Shown here piece by piece: positions 46,681 to 58,730 of a DNA stretch of 64,000 nt. The stretch covers positions 68,047,003 through 68,111,002 of the forward strand of contig NC_083403.1 in the NCBI RefSeq assembly GCF_020745735.1. The letters are read 5' to 3'. The DNA comes from Hemiscyllium ocellatum (Eukaryota). The notes beneath the pieces were generated by a model, which saw only the letters and a list, made by a program, of their open reading frames with translations, made no database searches and was not told the origin of the DNA. A program made the translations under genes and the position numbers. Numbering within the stretch: the first letter of the stretch is position 1; each line of letters starts with the position of its first letter.

Positions 46681-49600
46681 TGTGAGCAATGTTCCTACTT
46701 CTGAACAATGTACTAACTTTTCACCACCGGGGGGACCCATCGCTCTTTGTAAAATATGTTGTGTAAGTTATTATAACATGGCTTGAACCATAGAACTATC
46801 CCAGGCAGCTTTCCATCGAGCTCTGATTCATGAAAGCAGAATAAATGCCTGCTTTGTTAACGAACTAAAAATGCCTGGAAATGTTCTAACATAGCTATGG
46901 AGAACAAGTTGTCTATTATGATGGCATGTAGTGTATGACATTAAGGAGAAGCAATTACATTATCTCATCATGTCAGTGCAAAACATGGACAAAGTCTTTT
47001 GAAAATTAACATCATCCATGGAACATTCTGTCACCCATGGTATCCTGATCAGTATTCTCTGAGTGTGACGTAGGGTTGTCAAGTGGGCTTGGAAACATTT
47101 TTGGGAATTTCATCACTTGACCTCCTGTGTCCAATAATACATTTTAAGTATGAGCAGAATCTTCAGATATCAGCCTGAAATTTGTCTTTTACTAACATGA
47201 ATTAATGTCTTCTTTTTTCAGTGTACTTCATTTATGACAAAGTACAAAGTCAGATTAGATATCTAAGCAATAAACAATGGAAAAGACCAAAGAAAATAAG
47301 GGGAAAGTAAAGACAAGTAGGCCATATACAAAGGTTTCTAAATAAAAACAAAAAAAACTGCAGAAGCAAAAACAGAAGTTGCTGGAAAACTCAATAGGTC
47401 TGGCAACATCTGTGAAGAGAAATCAGCATTAATGTTTCAGGTCTGGTTCTGACGAAGGGTCCACAACTTGTTTCTGTTACAAAGGTTTCTGCTTAAGTTA
47501 GCAACAAGGAGTAATATTGGAAAAACTGACAGGCTCATGTGTAATTTAGAACTCAGCAGCTGGGGAACTATGCGGAACAGCCCAGCTCTTCTGTGTCATG
47601 TTTTTAAATATACACTGTACTATACAGTATATACACAATATACACAATCTATACAGTAAATTATATTCCTTAATGTGGAGTTTTACAAACCAAAATCAAA
47701 CATCCAAAATTACAGCACTGCCACCTGTGATTTTCACATATCTTAACTGATACAAAATCATATGGACCTTTATTTATGATTTGTACATGGAATGTGAGCG
47801 TCACTGTGTAGATCAGCATTTATTTCCCAAGCCTGACTGATGCGAGGATAGTTAAAAGTCAACTGTGCTGCTTTGGGTCTGGATTCATATTAAGGCCAGG
47901 TTAGGCAAAGATGCAGATCTCCTTTCTTAAAAGACATTTAGTGAACCAAATTGGTTTTTACAACAATTGACAAATGTCCACCATTTGATCAGCTTTATTT
48001 TTAATTCCAGAATTTTATTGAATTCAAGTTTCACCAACTGCCACTCTAGGATGGAAATCTATGCACCCTCACCCCCAGAACATTAGCCTGGAGCTCCAAA
48101 TTACTAGTCCGTGCAAGTGCCACAGTCATCGCCACCTCCAACCCCACCCCACCCCCAAGTTTTTTGTCTTTCCTGAAAATGTTCTCATGGATAGAGTGTT
48201 GGTCATTTGGATTAGCAGTCTCAACTTTCAGATTCTTTCTGAAGGTAAATTGAAAGGGGGGGTATTGTATTATGTATTGTAGCAATGTGCCTTTAAGGGT
48301 ATGTGCTCATGAAATCAATACAGTGTCATGGTATGTAACCTAGTTAGATTAGATGAGGTTAGATTTATATATATTGTCACATGTATATAAAGATACAGTG
48401 AAAAGTGTTTTTTCATGTTTTGCATGCAAAGTGTCGTCATGTTCTGGTGCTAACTTGAAAAACTGAATATAATGCAATATTCACATTATAAAGTATGAAG
48501 CTTACAGTCTCCTTCTTACTGAGTTCTGTTCACTTGCAGCATGATGCATTGAGGAAGGAGTACTGCAGGACAAAGAGTTTTAGCTTGAGCCCACACACAG
48601 AAGAGCCTGTGACTGTAATATATATCTGTAAATTCCAGCCGCTGTAATAAAAGTTCATTGCATTCTTCAGTGCTACATAACTCACACCTCACCCTTATGT
48701 TATGGGAGCTGACATAACTATCACAGCATGATAGTTGTAGATCATCAGTAAAACATGGCACATCTTATCAGTGGAAATTCCCCTAAATAATGGTAGAGCA
48801 CAAAATATTATCGTCAAACTTACAAGATATTGTAGATCCTATCATGTATAATGGCTGTGTAATATCCAAAATTCCCATTCTGAATGAGTTCTTCTTGAGA
48901 AGTTGGAAACACTGAAAAGTCTGAAATAATTAACAGTCCCTAATTCTTCAAATGGCTTCAACAATCAGCATTATAGGATGAACTTGAGTCATTCAAAGTT
49001 TTTAAGAATGTGTGGTGGATGGAAGGCAGTAATTGGTGTGACGGTAGTACACTTCTTGCCCTGAAAAACTGGAAAGTAAATACATATTGAAGTATTTTTG
49101 CATTATATTTGTTGCTGATTGAGTTGCAAACCAACATGAAAGAAAAGCCTTCTAATGCTTCCATTTCTGCCATGAGCTGTTCAGGATGAATTTGGTCCCT
49201 GTATTCTTTGACAACAATTTTAACTGACAGATCAAGGTCCAACCTTCCAAAAAGTTTGTAAGTGAAGGATTTCTTAATCTCAAGTCTTGTATATTTTATG
49301 TACAGGGAGTCAATGTAATCATGTCACTTCAAAAAGTCAGTTACATTTCGACTGGATTTTCTGCGAAATGACATGCTCATAGAGGTTGTCTCTCCAGCCT
49401 TTTCTTTTAACAGAATCAGGGAGCTTTCTGAGAAGAGATTCACTCAGAGCTCCCTCACAGATGTGCAGCTGCACATCTATTCTGACAGTTCTTGCATAAA
49501 GTGGAAATGTATGAGGAGGGCAAACCACTCCCTCTTTTCACATGCAGTCAGCTGCCATGGTCTGAAATATAAACATTCCGACAGCAACTTTGTCAGTCGA

Positions 49601-51400
49601 ACAGTGAGTGCAAAAGGTAAGTGTGATGTAAGGGTGCTGGGATGGTCTGGGATGGTTGGAGGGAGGGGGTGTAGGATGCCAGGTTGGTGGAGCACAAGAT
49701 GGGCAGGATCCCAGAGATAGAATGCCAGATGGATAGAAGGTAGGTTGACAAGTGGATAAGATGTCACGTACGGAGGGTGACAACTGGGTAGGGGATAGGT
49801 TGTCAGATGAATAGGGAGTAAGATTGCCAACTAAATAAGGTCTTAGATGGGTAGTGTATTGGGACATCAGGAAGCAGGTGCAAACCAGGTAGATGCCAGG
49901 GCACAGTTTGGTTGGATCAAGTCCAGTTGGCAGGTGAGAGGTTCAGCGCAGAAAGTGGAGGGTTGGGGCTGGAGAGGGGGAGGTTGGATTGAATTGGGCT
50001 GCAAGAGGCTGGGGCAAGTGTTTTTGGTGGTATGTGAGATGTATACGGAATCAGTTTAATAGTTACTCAGGAGTTAGTCTAAATATTTTATAATCTAAAC
50101 TTTTGAAATATAAACTAGATGAAAATGGGATGCAGCTTTATGGGAGATGGAAATAGATATAAAGTGAAGCTCAAGGGCATAGTGAAATGGATTACATTTT
50201 ATCAACTCATCATGCAGTTCTTATAATTGTCAAACTGATCCTGCATTAAGGAACAGCAACAAAAATTGTGAAACAGGCCAGTGTTTGTTTTAACTGAGCA
50301 GTAGTAACATTGCTAGGGCATTCATCAACAGCAGTAGCAAAACAAATTCCAGTTAGGTGTAGTTTGCAGAAACTGGTTTGAAACTAAATAAGATTATTTT
50401 TAAAAACTGTAAAGAAGTCAACATGCCAATAAAAATTAAAACAGTAACACTAGCAAGTAAAATTGCCATAGTCCGACAGGACCACAGGGCTACTCTCTCA
50501 TTGGTGGTAAGTTGACTAGAGGGTCACCATGCCTCAGGTGAGGGTGGTCCAGTAGGTGGGACCTTCATAGTACATGCAGCTGGTGCTTGAATTGAACCCG
50601 TGCTGTTGGCATCACTCTAGATTGCAACCAGCCATGCAGCTTACTGAACTAGAATAACATAATAACAAAAACACTAACCTACACATTCAAGTCAAAGGTC
50701 TTTAGAACGCAGGTTAAGAAAGTAAATCCCCATATAAAGAAGAGGAAGTAGAAAGATAGGACTTGAGTAACTTTACCTGGTGAAAAGGGTGCCCCCTTCA
50801 ATTTCACATGAAGGGTTGTCTAGACAAAGAGCACTAATATAAATGGAAACTCGAAATGAAGTGGTAAGGAAAGGTGAAATCATAAAAGAGACACTGAAAT
50901 TACCTCGATATTTGACACAGTGAAGTGGTAGCAATGATGATTAAAAACAAAAAAATGTTAAATTACTTTATTGATCTACCAGCGAATACATTCAATTGGT
51001 GTAACTGAATTACCACTGCCCGAAAACTTAAATATTTCATGCAAACACTGTTAACAGCTGAAACAAGTTATTATGAACGTTTTATAAATGCAATTTTTCT
51101 TTTAAGATATCTAATATTGTACAGCACAACTCATTTGTGAATAACCTCAAAATGCAATTCAATTCATCAAAACCATCTTTGTATTCCGATATTAAATTGT
51201 AGTCAAGAAGGATTTGAGCCTCAATAGCACTACAAACATATTGCCCCAGCAACACACAGGGTTTCCTCAGAGTGGTCCATGAGCTAAGAATTTGTGTGCA
51301 TGTATGCATAACCCCTTTTCAATTTTTTTTACTCGAAGATTTTTTACAATTGAAAAATAGCAAGCAAAAGTTTAGGATTAAACAAGATACAAATTAGAGA

Positions 51401-52615
51401 GTAGGTTTGCTCACTGAGCTGTAGGTTTGATATCCAGACGTGTCATTACCTGGCTAGGTAACACCATCAATGGTGACCTCAAAGTGAAGCGAAGCTGTTG
51501 TCTCCTGCTTTCTATTTATATGTTTGTCCTGGATGGGGGTTCCTGGGGTTTGTGATGTCATTTCCTGTTCATTTTCTGAGGGGTCAATAGATGGTATCTA
51601 TGTGTTTGTTTATGGCGGTGTGGTTGGAGTGCCAGGCCTCAAGGAATTCTCTGGCATGTCTTTGCTTAGCCTGTCCCAGGATAGATGTGTTGTCCCAGCC
51701 TAAATGTGTTTTTTTTCATCCATGTGTAGGGCTACGAGGGAGAGAGGGTTGTGTGTTTTTGTGGCTAGCTGGTGTTCATGTATCCTGGTGGCTAACTTTC
51801 TTCCTGTTTGTTCTATGTAGTGTTTGTGGCAGTCCTTGCATGGAATTTTGTAGATGACGTTGGTTTTGTCCAGGGGTTGTACTGGATCTTTTAAGTTTGT
51901 TAGTTTTTGTTTGAGAGTGTTGGTGGGTTTGTGTGCTACTAGGATTCCAAGGGGTCTTAGTAGTATGGCTGTCATTTCTGAGACTTCTTTGATGTATGGT
52001 AAGGTGGTTAGGGTTTCTGTCTGTGTTTGGTCTGCTTGTCGTGGTTTATTCTTGAGGAATCTGCGGACTGTTTTTTTTGAGCATCCATTCTTCTTGAATA
52101 CGTTGTATAGGTGGTTCTCCTCTTTTCCGAAGTTCGTCTGTGCTGCAGTGTGTGGTGGCTCATTGGAATAGTGTTCTGATACAGCTTTGTTTATGTGTGT
52201 TGGGATGGTTGCTGGTGTAGTTAAGTATTTGGTCAGTGTTTGTCAGTTTTCTGTATACACAGGTTTGTAGTTCTCCGTTGTCCTTTCTTTCGACTGTGAC
52301 ATGCAAGAATGCGAGTTTGTTGTCGGTTTCTTCCTGCTTGGTGAACTTTATGCCTGTGAGGGTGTTGTTGATGATGTTAAATGTCTCTTCTATCTTGTTT
52401 CGTTTTGTGACATAGATCTAGATACCATCGATCAACCCCTCAGAAAATGAACAGGAAATGACATCACAAACCCCAGGAACCCCATCCAGGACAAACATAA
52501 ATAGAAAGCAGGAGACAACAGCTTCGCTTCACTTGGAGGTCGCCACTGATGATGTTACCTAGCCAGGTAATGAAACGTCTGGATATCAAACCTACAGCTC
52601 AGCGAGCAAACCTAC
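51401..52615 (-). mobile_element. Penelope-like element (family B) in CCN6 intron 1: RT C-terminus + GIY-YIG between about 200-bp inverted terminal repeats
   Basis: ORF 51700-51975: DKTNVIYKIPCKDCHKHYIEQTGRKLATRIHEH. 51401-51600 is the reverse complement of 52419-52615. Confidence 0.92.
52543..52582 (+). ncRNA. Intact minimal type I hammerhead ribozyme motif (PLE family B)
   Basis: CCA CTGATGA T GTTACCT AGCC AGGTAAT GAAA CGTC TGG: stem I CCA/TGG, full core, 7-bp stem II, palindromic ACGT stem III; predicted cleavage after GUC at 52579. Confidence 0.8.
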
Positions 52616-54793
52616 ATCTTAAACCTTCACAAACTTTGCAGATAAAAATTAGTTTATTTCAAAACACTGCTCAAGGTTATGTAAATAATAACCACATACA
52701 GGTCTGTTGCAGGTAAATAGCTGCAATTGAGATGTTGTTGAAAGTTTCAAATTGAAGCATTGCATTTAATAGTTACGCTGACGCTGACAGGCAAATGCAA
52801 ATAGAAAATAGTAGCAGGAGTAGGCCATTCAGCCCTTTGAGCCTGCTCCACTTTTCAATATCATCATGGCTGAACATTCAACTCAGTAATCTGTTCCTGC
52901 TTTCTTCCCATATCTTTTGACCCTTTTAGCCTTAGGAATATCAAACCCCTTGAAAGCATTCAATGATTTGGTATCAACTACTTTCAGTGGCAGAAAATAC
53001 CACAGGTTTACCACTCTCTGGGTGAAGAAATTTCTCCTCATCTCAGTACTAAAAAGCCTATCCCATATCCTTAGACTGTGACCTCAGTCATCAGAAACGT
53101 GCTTCCTGAGATTAGGCTGTCTAGTCCTGTTAGAATTTCCTAACTCTGTGTTTAGATCACTGGTCTAGCCTTGTGGACGACTTTACTTCAGGCTCCACTA
53201 TCCATGTCTAGTTCTGACAGTCTGGTCACCATTGTCAGCATGCAGTGGTTTGAAATCTACTCTGCTGGGAGTGAACAGTTACACATTATATTGAACACAA
53301 CTAGAAGCAGAGATTGGTTAGAAAGGATGCCCTCCTTGGAGGCTGACAGACCCAGGCTCGTAATCCATGCGATCTGATATCAATATGGCATAGGTTCTCA
53401 TACACAGGCTCAGTAACTGTACTTGAGTAAAAAGTTACATTTCTTTTACTCACAGCGGCCAGCATGACAAAAATACATCAGACAGAATTTTCCACTTTTC
53501 AGTTGTCAGACTCTTCTTTTCATTGAAATTAATGTGGAGGAAAGTTTGGGCTACTAAGAAGCAAATGGAAAGCTCAGGTCATCATTTCCAATAATGAACC
53601 ATGATGAATGGTTTATGCCTGTATATGATTTTAACAAAAAGGTTGAATATTAAAATGCATTTTTGTACACTTGCAGTGGCAGTGGGATATTAATTTGATT
53701 TTTAAAATCAGCCCGAGTGCCAATTTTCAAGTTTTTTCAAATCTTTTAAAATTATAGGAAAATTAACCAGTATTATTCACTTCCAGAAAACAGTCAGAGT
53801 GGACTAGAAACAGTAACTTTGTTTCTCTCTCCACAAAGGCTGATAATTTCTAGCACTTTCATGTTTTCTTTAAGATTTCCAGCATTCATGTGGTTTTGCT
53901 TTCATCCATTATTATGCCTGATTAAATATTGCACCGGAAATTGCTGAGTAACAAAAAAAATTACTAATTTCCAACCTTCCATGGACGACATTGTAATGTG
54001 ATAGAATGCTCTCCACTTGCCTGGATGAGTGTAATTCCAACAGCATTCAAGAAGCTTGGCACCATCTGAAACAAAGCAGCCCAATTGATTGCCACCACAT
54101 CCTGAAAACTTCACTCCCTCCACCACTGCCCACTCAGGAGCAACAGTGTGTACTATCTCCAAGATGCACTGCAGAAATTCACTCAAGATCCTTAAACAGC
54201 ACCTTCCAAACTCACAATCACTTCCAAGAGTGGGAAATACATGGGAACACCATCTCCTCCAACATACCCACCATCCTGACTTAGAAATATATTCATTCCT
54301 TTACTGTGACTGGGGCATAATCCTGGAATTTCTACCAACAACACATGAACTGTACTGGTTCAAGAAGAGAGTCACCACCACCTTCTTAAGGGGAACTAGT
54401 GATGGACAATAGTGATGATCCAACCAGTGAAACTCAAATCTTCTGAATACAAGAAAACGATTGACTGGTAAAGTGACACTGCATTCGCCCCAAAACCGAA
54501 TCTAACTAACTCTTGTTTTTCAATAGTTTGCTTTTACACTCTTACAATTGTAAGTCCATTTGTCCTTGCTTAGCGGTTACCATCAATTCACGCTGGAGAC
54601 CTTTTGCTCTTCTGGAAATCCACCAGATGTCACTCAAAATGAGGGATAGGGTTGTACTGAAATGGATTTGTAAGACAGCAGGAATTTCACTCAGGACCTG
54701 ATATTTGACAAACGGCTCGCTCCAAATGGAAGCAATGTCACCGAAAAAATATGTTGGTTTGAACCAAAAGTTGAGAAAGCGATCGCACATTAG

Positions 54794-55030
54794 TTAAAAA
54801 ATCACACAAGGGCTTATGCCCGAAACGTCGATTCTCCTGTTCCTTGGATGCTGCCTGACCTGCTGCGCTTTTCCAGCAACACATTTTCAACACCAGTTTA
54901 TCGACAACCACCTGATACAGGAGCTGTGCTCCGAAAACTAGTGCTTCCAATTAAACCTGTTGGACTATAACCCGGTGTTGTGTGATGTTTAACTTTGTCC
55001 ACCCCAGTCCAACACCGGCATTTCCAAATC
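54794..55030 (+). mobile_element. Composite of two Penelope terminal repeats (family A piece nested in a family C piece)
   Basis: agggcttatgcccgaaacgtcg..ttttccagcaacac (A) lies inside aaaatcacaca|acaccag..cacctgatacaggagctgtgctccgaaaactagtg (C); imperfect TSD atcgcacattag / atcgcattttag. Confidence 0.7.
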
Positions 55031-55981
55031 ATCGCATTTTAGAGACGGAAACGAAATGAATAAGTTGCATGTTGCCAGAATCGAGTCTCGAAAATATGCT
55101 TCTGCACCAATATGTCATTACTGCAAAAAGGCTGACTCTAGGCATTAAAATGTGGAATTACTAACTGCCTCCAGCTATTTGACTAAAAGCTGTTCCCAAT
55201 TAAGTTGTGAGATCATGCCCTAAAGCAAATACGTGCATATTTGGTTTTAAAAGTTCGTTTACAAATTAAAGGGCTGGGCTCCAATATATGTGCAATTTTA
55301 AATTAAATTATGCATATATATTTTAAAATTTGGCTGCTTTCCAATACACAACTTCCGGCAAAATACAACATTTACTTTCACTGGCTCTAAGCAGTGCTAC
55401 TGTATGCTCTACCTCACATATTGCTACGAGGTTAAAGACTTTCATTCTGAAAATACCAAGAAACCTGTCAAGCGTTTTTGCACCGTTGGCTCGCTCTCAT
55501 TGCCTTTTCCTTTCTCTCCCATCTCCCTATTTGACTGCATGAAGAATATGAAATTTAGATCTCTAAAATAAAAATGTGAATATCCTCATTGGCATTCGTT
55601 ACCTGAATGCTTACTAATTTAACCGATTCGTCAACGAAGCGACCTTGTAATATATTTCTTTAAAAAATTATTTGGGTGCTATAAACTTCTGCGACCATAC
55701 AGAGGATAGTTTCCAATTAACAAATCCAATTGAACGGGCATAATTGAAACAACCAAATGAAGTCAAAATAATTTTGAAAATACTCTTCATAATAGGCTAA
55801 GGCCATAGTTTTCAAGCATGTAAACTTTCATATGCATTTTAGCAATCTATGTGATGACGGACACAGTTAAGAACACGTTTATTTATATAAACGGAAAATT
55901 ATTTTCCAATTATTGAAAAAGGCAGCTGAAAAATGGAAAGAAATGAACGTTGGTGAAAGTGTTTAAAAACGATAAACTTAC

Positions 55982-56029
55982 CTGGTTGGTGTAAGTGAAA
56001 AGCAGGATGCAGGAGAAGAGCGCGTGCAT
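55982..56029 (-). CDS. CCN6: CCN6/WISP3 exon 1, signal peptide (MHALFSCILLFTYTNQ)
   Basis: cacaccATG Kozak context at 56029; 16 codons of hydrophobic signal-like peptide; consensus donor CAG|GTAAGT at 55982/55981; phase 0 fits exon 2. Same 48-nt length and similar sequence as human CCN6 exon 1 (MQGLLFSTLLLAGLAQ) from memory. Confidence 0.9.
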
Positions 56030-56260
56030 GGTGTGGAATCAGAACACGACTTGGCTAGAGCTGGGAATAAACTGTGCACAAAGGGAGACCTCTGTCCTTA
56101 AACCCACAAGCACCGCTGTTAGCTTTCATATTTCCATCCATTCCTAGTACTTCCCTATGACCTTCCTGGAGCATTCCGCATTCAAAATATCTGTCCTGCC
56201 AACGGGCATACTTTGGGTACACGTTTTCCTTTTCGGAATGTCTTTATAATTTAATTCTGA
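56030..56260 (-). promoter_or_regulatory. CCN6 5' UTR / proximal promoter with three MCAT (TEAD) motifs
   Basis: CATTCC at 56139-56144 and 56172-56177, GGAATGT at 56235-56241; apparently non-repetitive sequence directly upstream of the start codon. TSS not determined. Confidence 0.5.
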
Positions 56261-57559
56261 AGCTTACAGATCAATGTTAACGCCATTACTGAATTAAGAT
56301 AGCATATATAACTACTTAATTTTCCATTTATATACCGCCTTTAACACTTCGAAATCAGACAAAATATGGCCCTGAGCCAAAGAAGAAAATATTAAGCTGA
56401 ATAACCAAAAAAAAAGGCTTGTTCAAAACGTTTGGCCGTAAAGGAAGACAGAGAGAGAGTTGGCAAAGTTTAGAGAGGGACTTCATCGGAGTTTACGGCC
56501 CAGAAGTTGAAACTGTGGGTGCACATAGCTCCAGGGGTAATAGCGTTTTGGATTGCCATAGGATTAGAGTTTACAGAAATATGGCAACCTGACAATATGA
56601 AGATACCGCGAGGATTAGTTCTTTTAACGACGAGGTGTCAGTGTTGCTTGCAATAATTTTGGTTGTAGGAAACTTGATAAGAGGCAGCATGCAGGCAACA
56701 GATTAGGCTGAGCTGAGCCTGATGGAGTATAGGGGTCGGGTCAAGAGAGCTTTGTACCAGCTCATTCTGAGGATAAAAAAAGCTTGGATGGGAGATATAC
56801 CAACAGAGGGACTGAGACACTGGTCGGGGAGGGGAAAGGAACCGGTAACTCAGCAACTGAACTCGTGTGGGGGAAATGCAAAAAAAAATCCGAAGCTTCG
56901 GTATTCCCAACATCTAATTAAGGAATATTTTGACTTTTCCCCAGGCCTAGGTGCGACAAAGCAGTCTGATTATAGCGGAAATGTGTATGATAAGATGAAT
57001 GAGGCGGAGTTGTGAATTATCAGTGTACAGTGAAACAGTTTACAGTCTTCAGGACAGTGTCTTGTTGCTGTTTCATATATTGTACCTATTGTAGTGAAAT
57101 CACAACCAGGCGATTCAAAGGGGATGGGGGATGACACACATTTGTGTCACGCACAACTTTAAGAGAAAGTCCCTGTATAAGCCCGGATTTACCTACAAAC
57201 ATACTTTATTTAAAAATAAATCCCAAACGGGAACAGGGTAAAACAGTAAATCTGTGAAAAAGAAGTTAAACTCTGTTCAATTTGCCAATGACATTGAAAA
57301 GTAAAGGGCATTAGAAAAATGTTGGGATTCAGATCCGGTCTTTCTTTTCACTCGGCAGGCTGTCTTCGGAGAAGTGTGACACAGTTCGCTATGTTGCCAT
57401 TACAGTCAAACATGTTTTCCTTCTTTTTGTGCTGCAGTGTGAAATCTTAGAACATCTCTATATGTTTTTTGAGGCTTCTGTTAAGGAAACGGGCCGATGA
57501 GTGGGCGTGCGTCCATCCGACTGTTCCTATTCATCGATCCTTTATGACAAGGACCCTTG

Positions 57560-58730
57560 TATTCCAGTTTAGTTTTGCAACATTCAGCGTTGTCCGCCTC
57601 AACATTTGCTTCTGTGCATTTCTCTGTTGGAATTTCCATGCCAAATCCCACAGGCAAATGAAATGAACCTTGTTCTTGGTTATCCTTACCCGGCTCCTCC
57701 TCATTCTCGGCGTCTTGCACGGCCGTATCCGCTTTGAACCCAGCACAGTGGAAGTACTGTCAATTGTGATTTCTGTTATCATCTCCTATACCTTCTCCAT
57801 CACGAACATGACCGCCAGAACAGTTGGATTGTTGACCTGCTTCTTATCAATGGCCCCGGTAACTTGAGAGATCACCTATCAGGGATTGTGGGTTTTCAAG
57901 TTTCTAATCGCCCAGGATCAATTGATGGAACCTAGCCATGGTTTGGGAGACAAGAATGCCAGCTTGTCATATTTGAAGGTAGCGATGTCAGGACCCTTGG
58001 GGCAGTTGTATACAATGATGATCATCTGACTTTCCTTAACCTGATACTGCTTTGTGCACTTTTCTGATATAGGCTTCAAAACGCTTGAAGTCATCCAGAA
58101 AGTTATCTTAGAATCATACTGTATGGGAAGTGTCTTGGGATCATTCACAAAGCAAATGGAGTGGCAGCTTATTAGTGCCATCCATATTGCTCCAGACTTG
58201 CTTAATCTTCAGACATCAAGAGCAATCTGTGAACAGATGGTAAATAGTCCAAATCCATCACCTGAATATTACTTGCTGCTATAGTTGCTTTACCCTCACA
58301 TAAATTACAACCCTGTGTCTTATCTTGAAGTGGTCCAGCTTTCTAACTCTGCAGGTGAAGTTCTTATGGCACTGCCTTTTGCTAAGATGACTTCTTTTTC
58401 CTGTATGATTAGACAAGAGGTAGGAACATTCTTTTCTTGAGCTACTTTGAACCATTTTAGCTGGTCTTCAACATTAGGCTATGCAGTTATTCTCCTCTTC
58501 CATCCTGGTAGAGGGACAGCAGCTAGATTAAAGTGGTGCTGGAAAAGCACAGCAGGTCAGGCAGACAGCCTGTTCATGAACTGTTTTAAGATGTTGACCT
58601 TCTGTTTCAGAATAGTTGACAAACTCAATAATGGAAATTCCTATTTCTTAGCGATGTCTGCTTTGCACTTCATGCCATAGTTTTCCACTTGCTGTAACAA
58701 CTTCACTTTCTCTCCAATCCAGGACTATCT
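57560..58730 (-). pseudogene. Decayed pogo/Tigger (CENP-B-like) DDE transposase fossil
   Basis: Minus strand, with stops and frameshifts: EKVKLLQQVENYGMKCKADIAKK*EFPLLSLSTILKQK (psq HTH), PNVEDQLKWFKVAQEKNVP..LDHFKIRH (CENP-B HTH), SNMDGTNKLPL, KTLPIQYDSKITFWMTS, IIVYNCP..KLAFLSP (cf. LLxDNCPAH..FLPPN), AIDKKQ..V*EMITEITI..CAGF. TIRs not identified. Confidence 0.8.

Noticed and set aside
48958-49242. 94-aa minus ORF with faint transposase-like look
   Set aside because: No diagnostic motif I can name with confidence; left unannotated.
57469-58730. Domesticated TIGD/CENP-B-like host gene upstream of CCN6
   Set aside because: Multiple stops, frameshifts, a large internal deletion and a PLE fragment inserted at about 58525-58565; catalytic motifs are degenerate.
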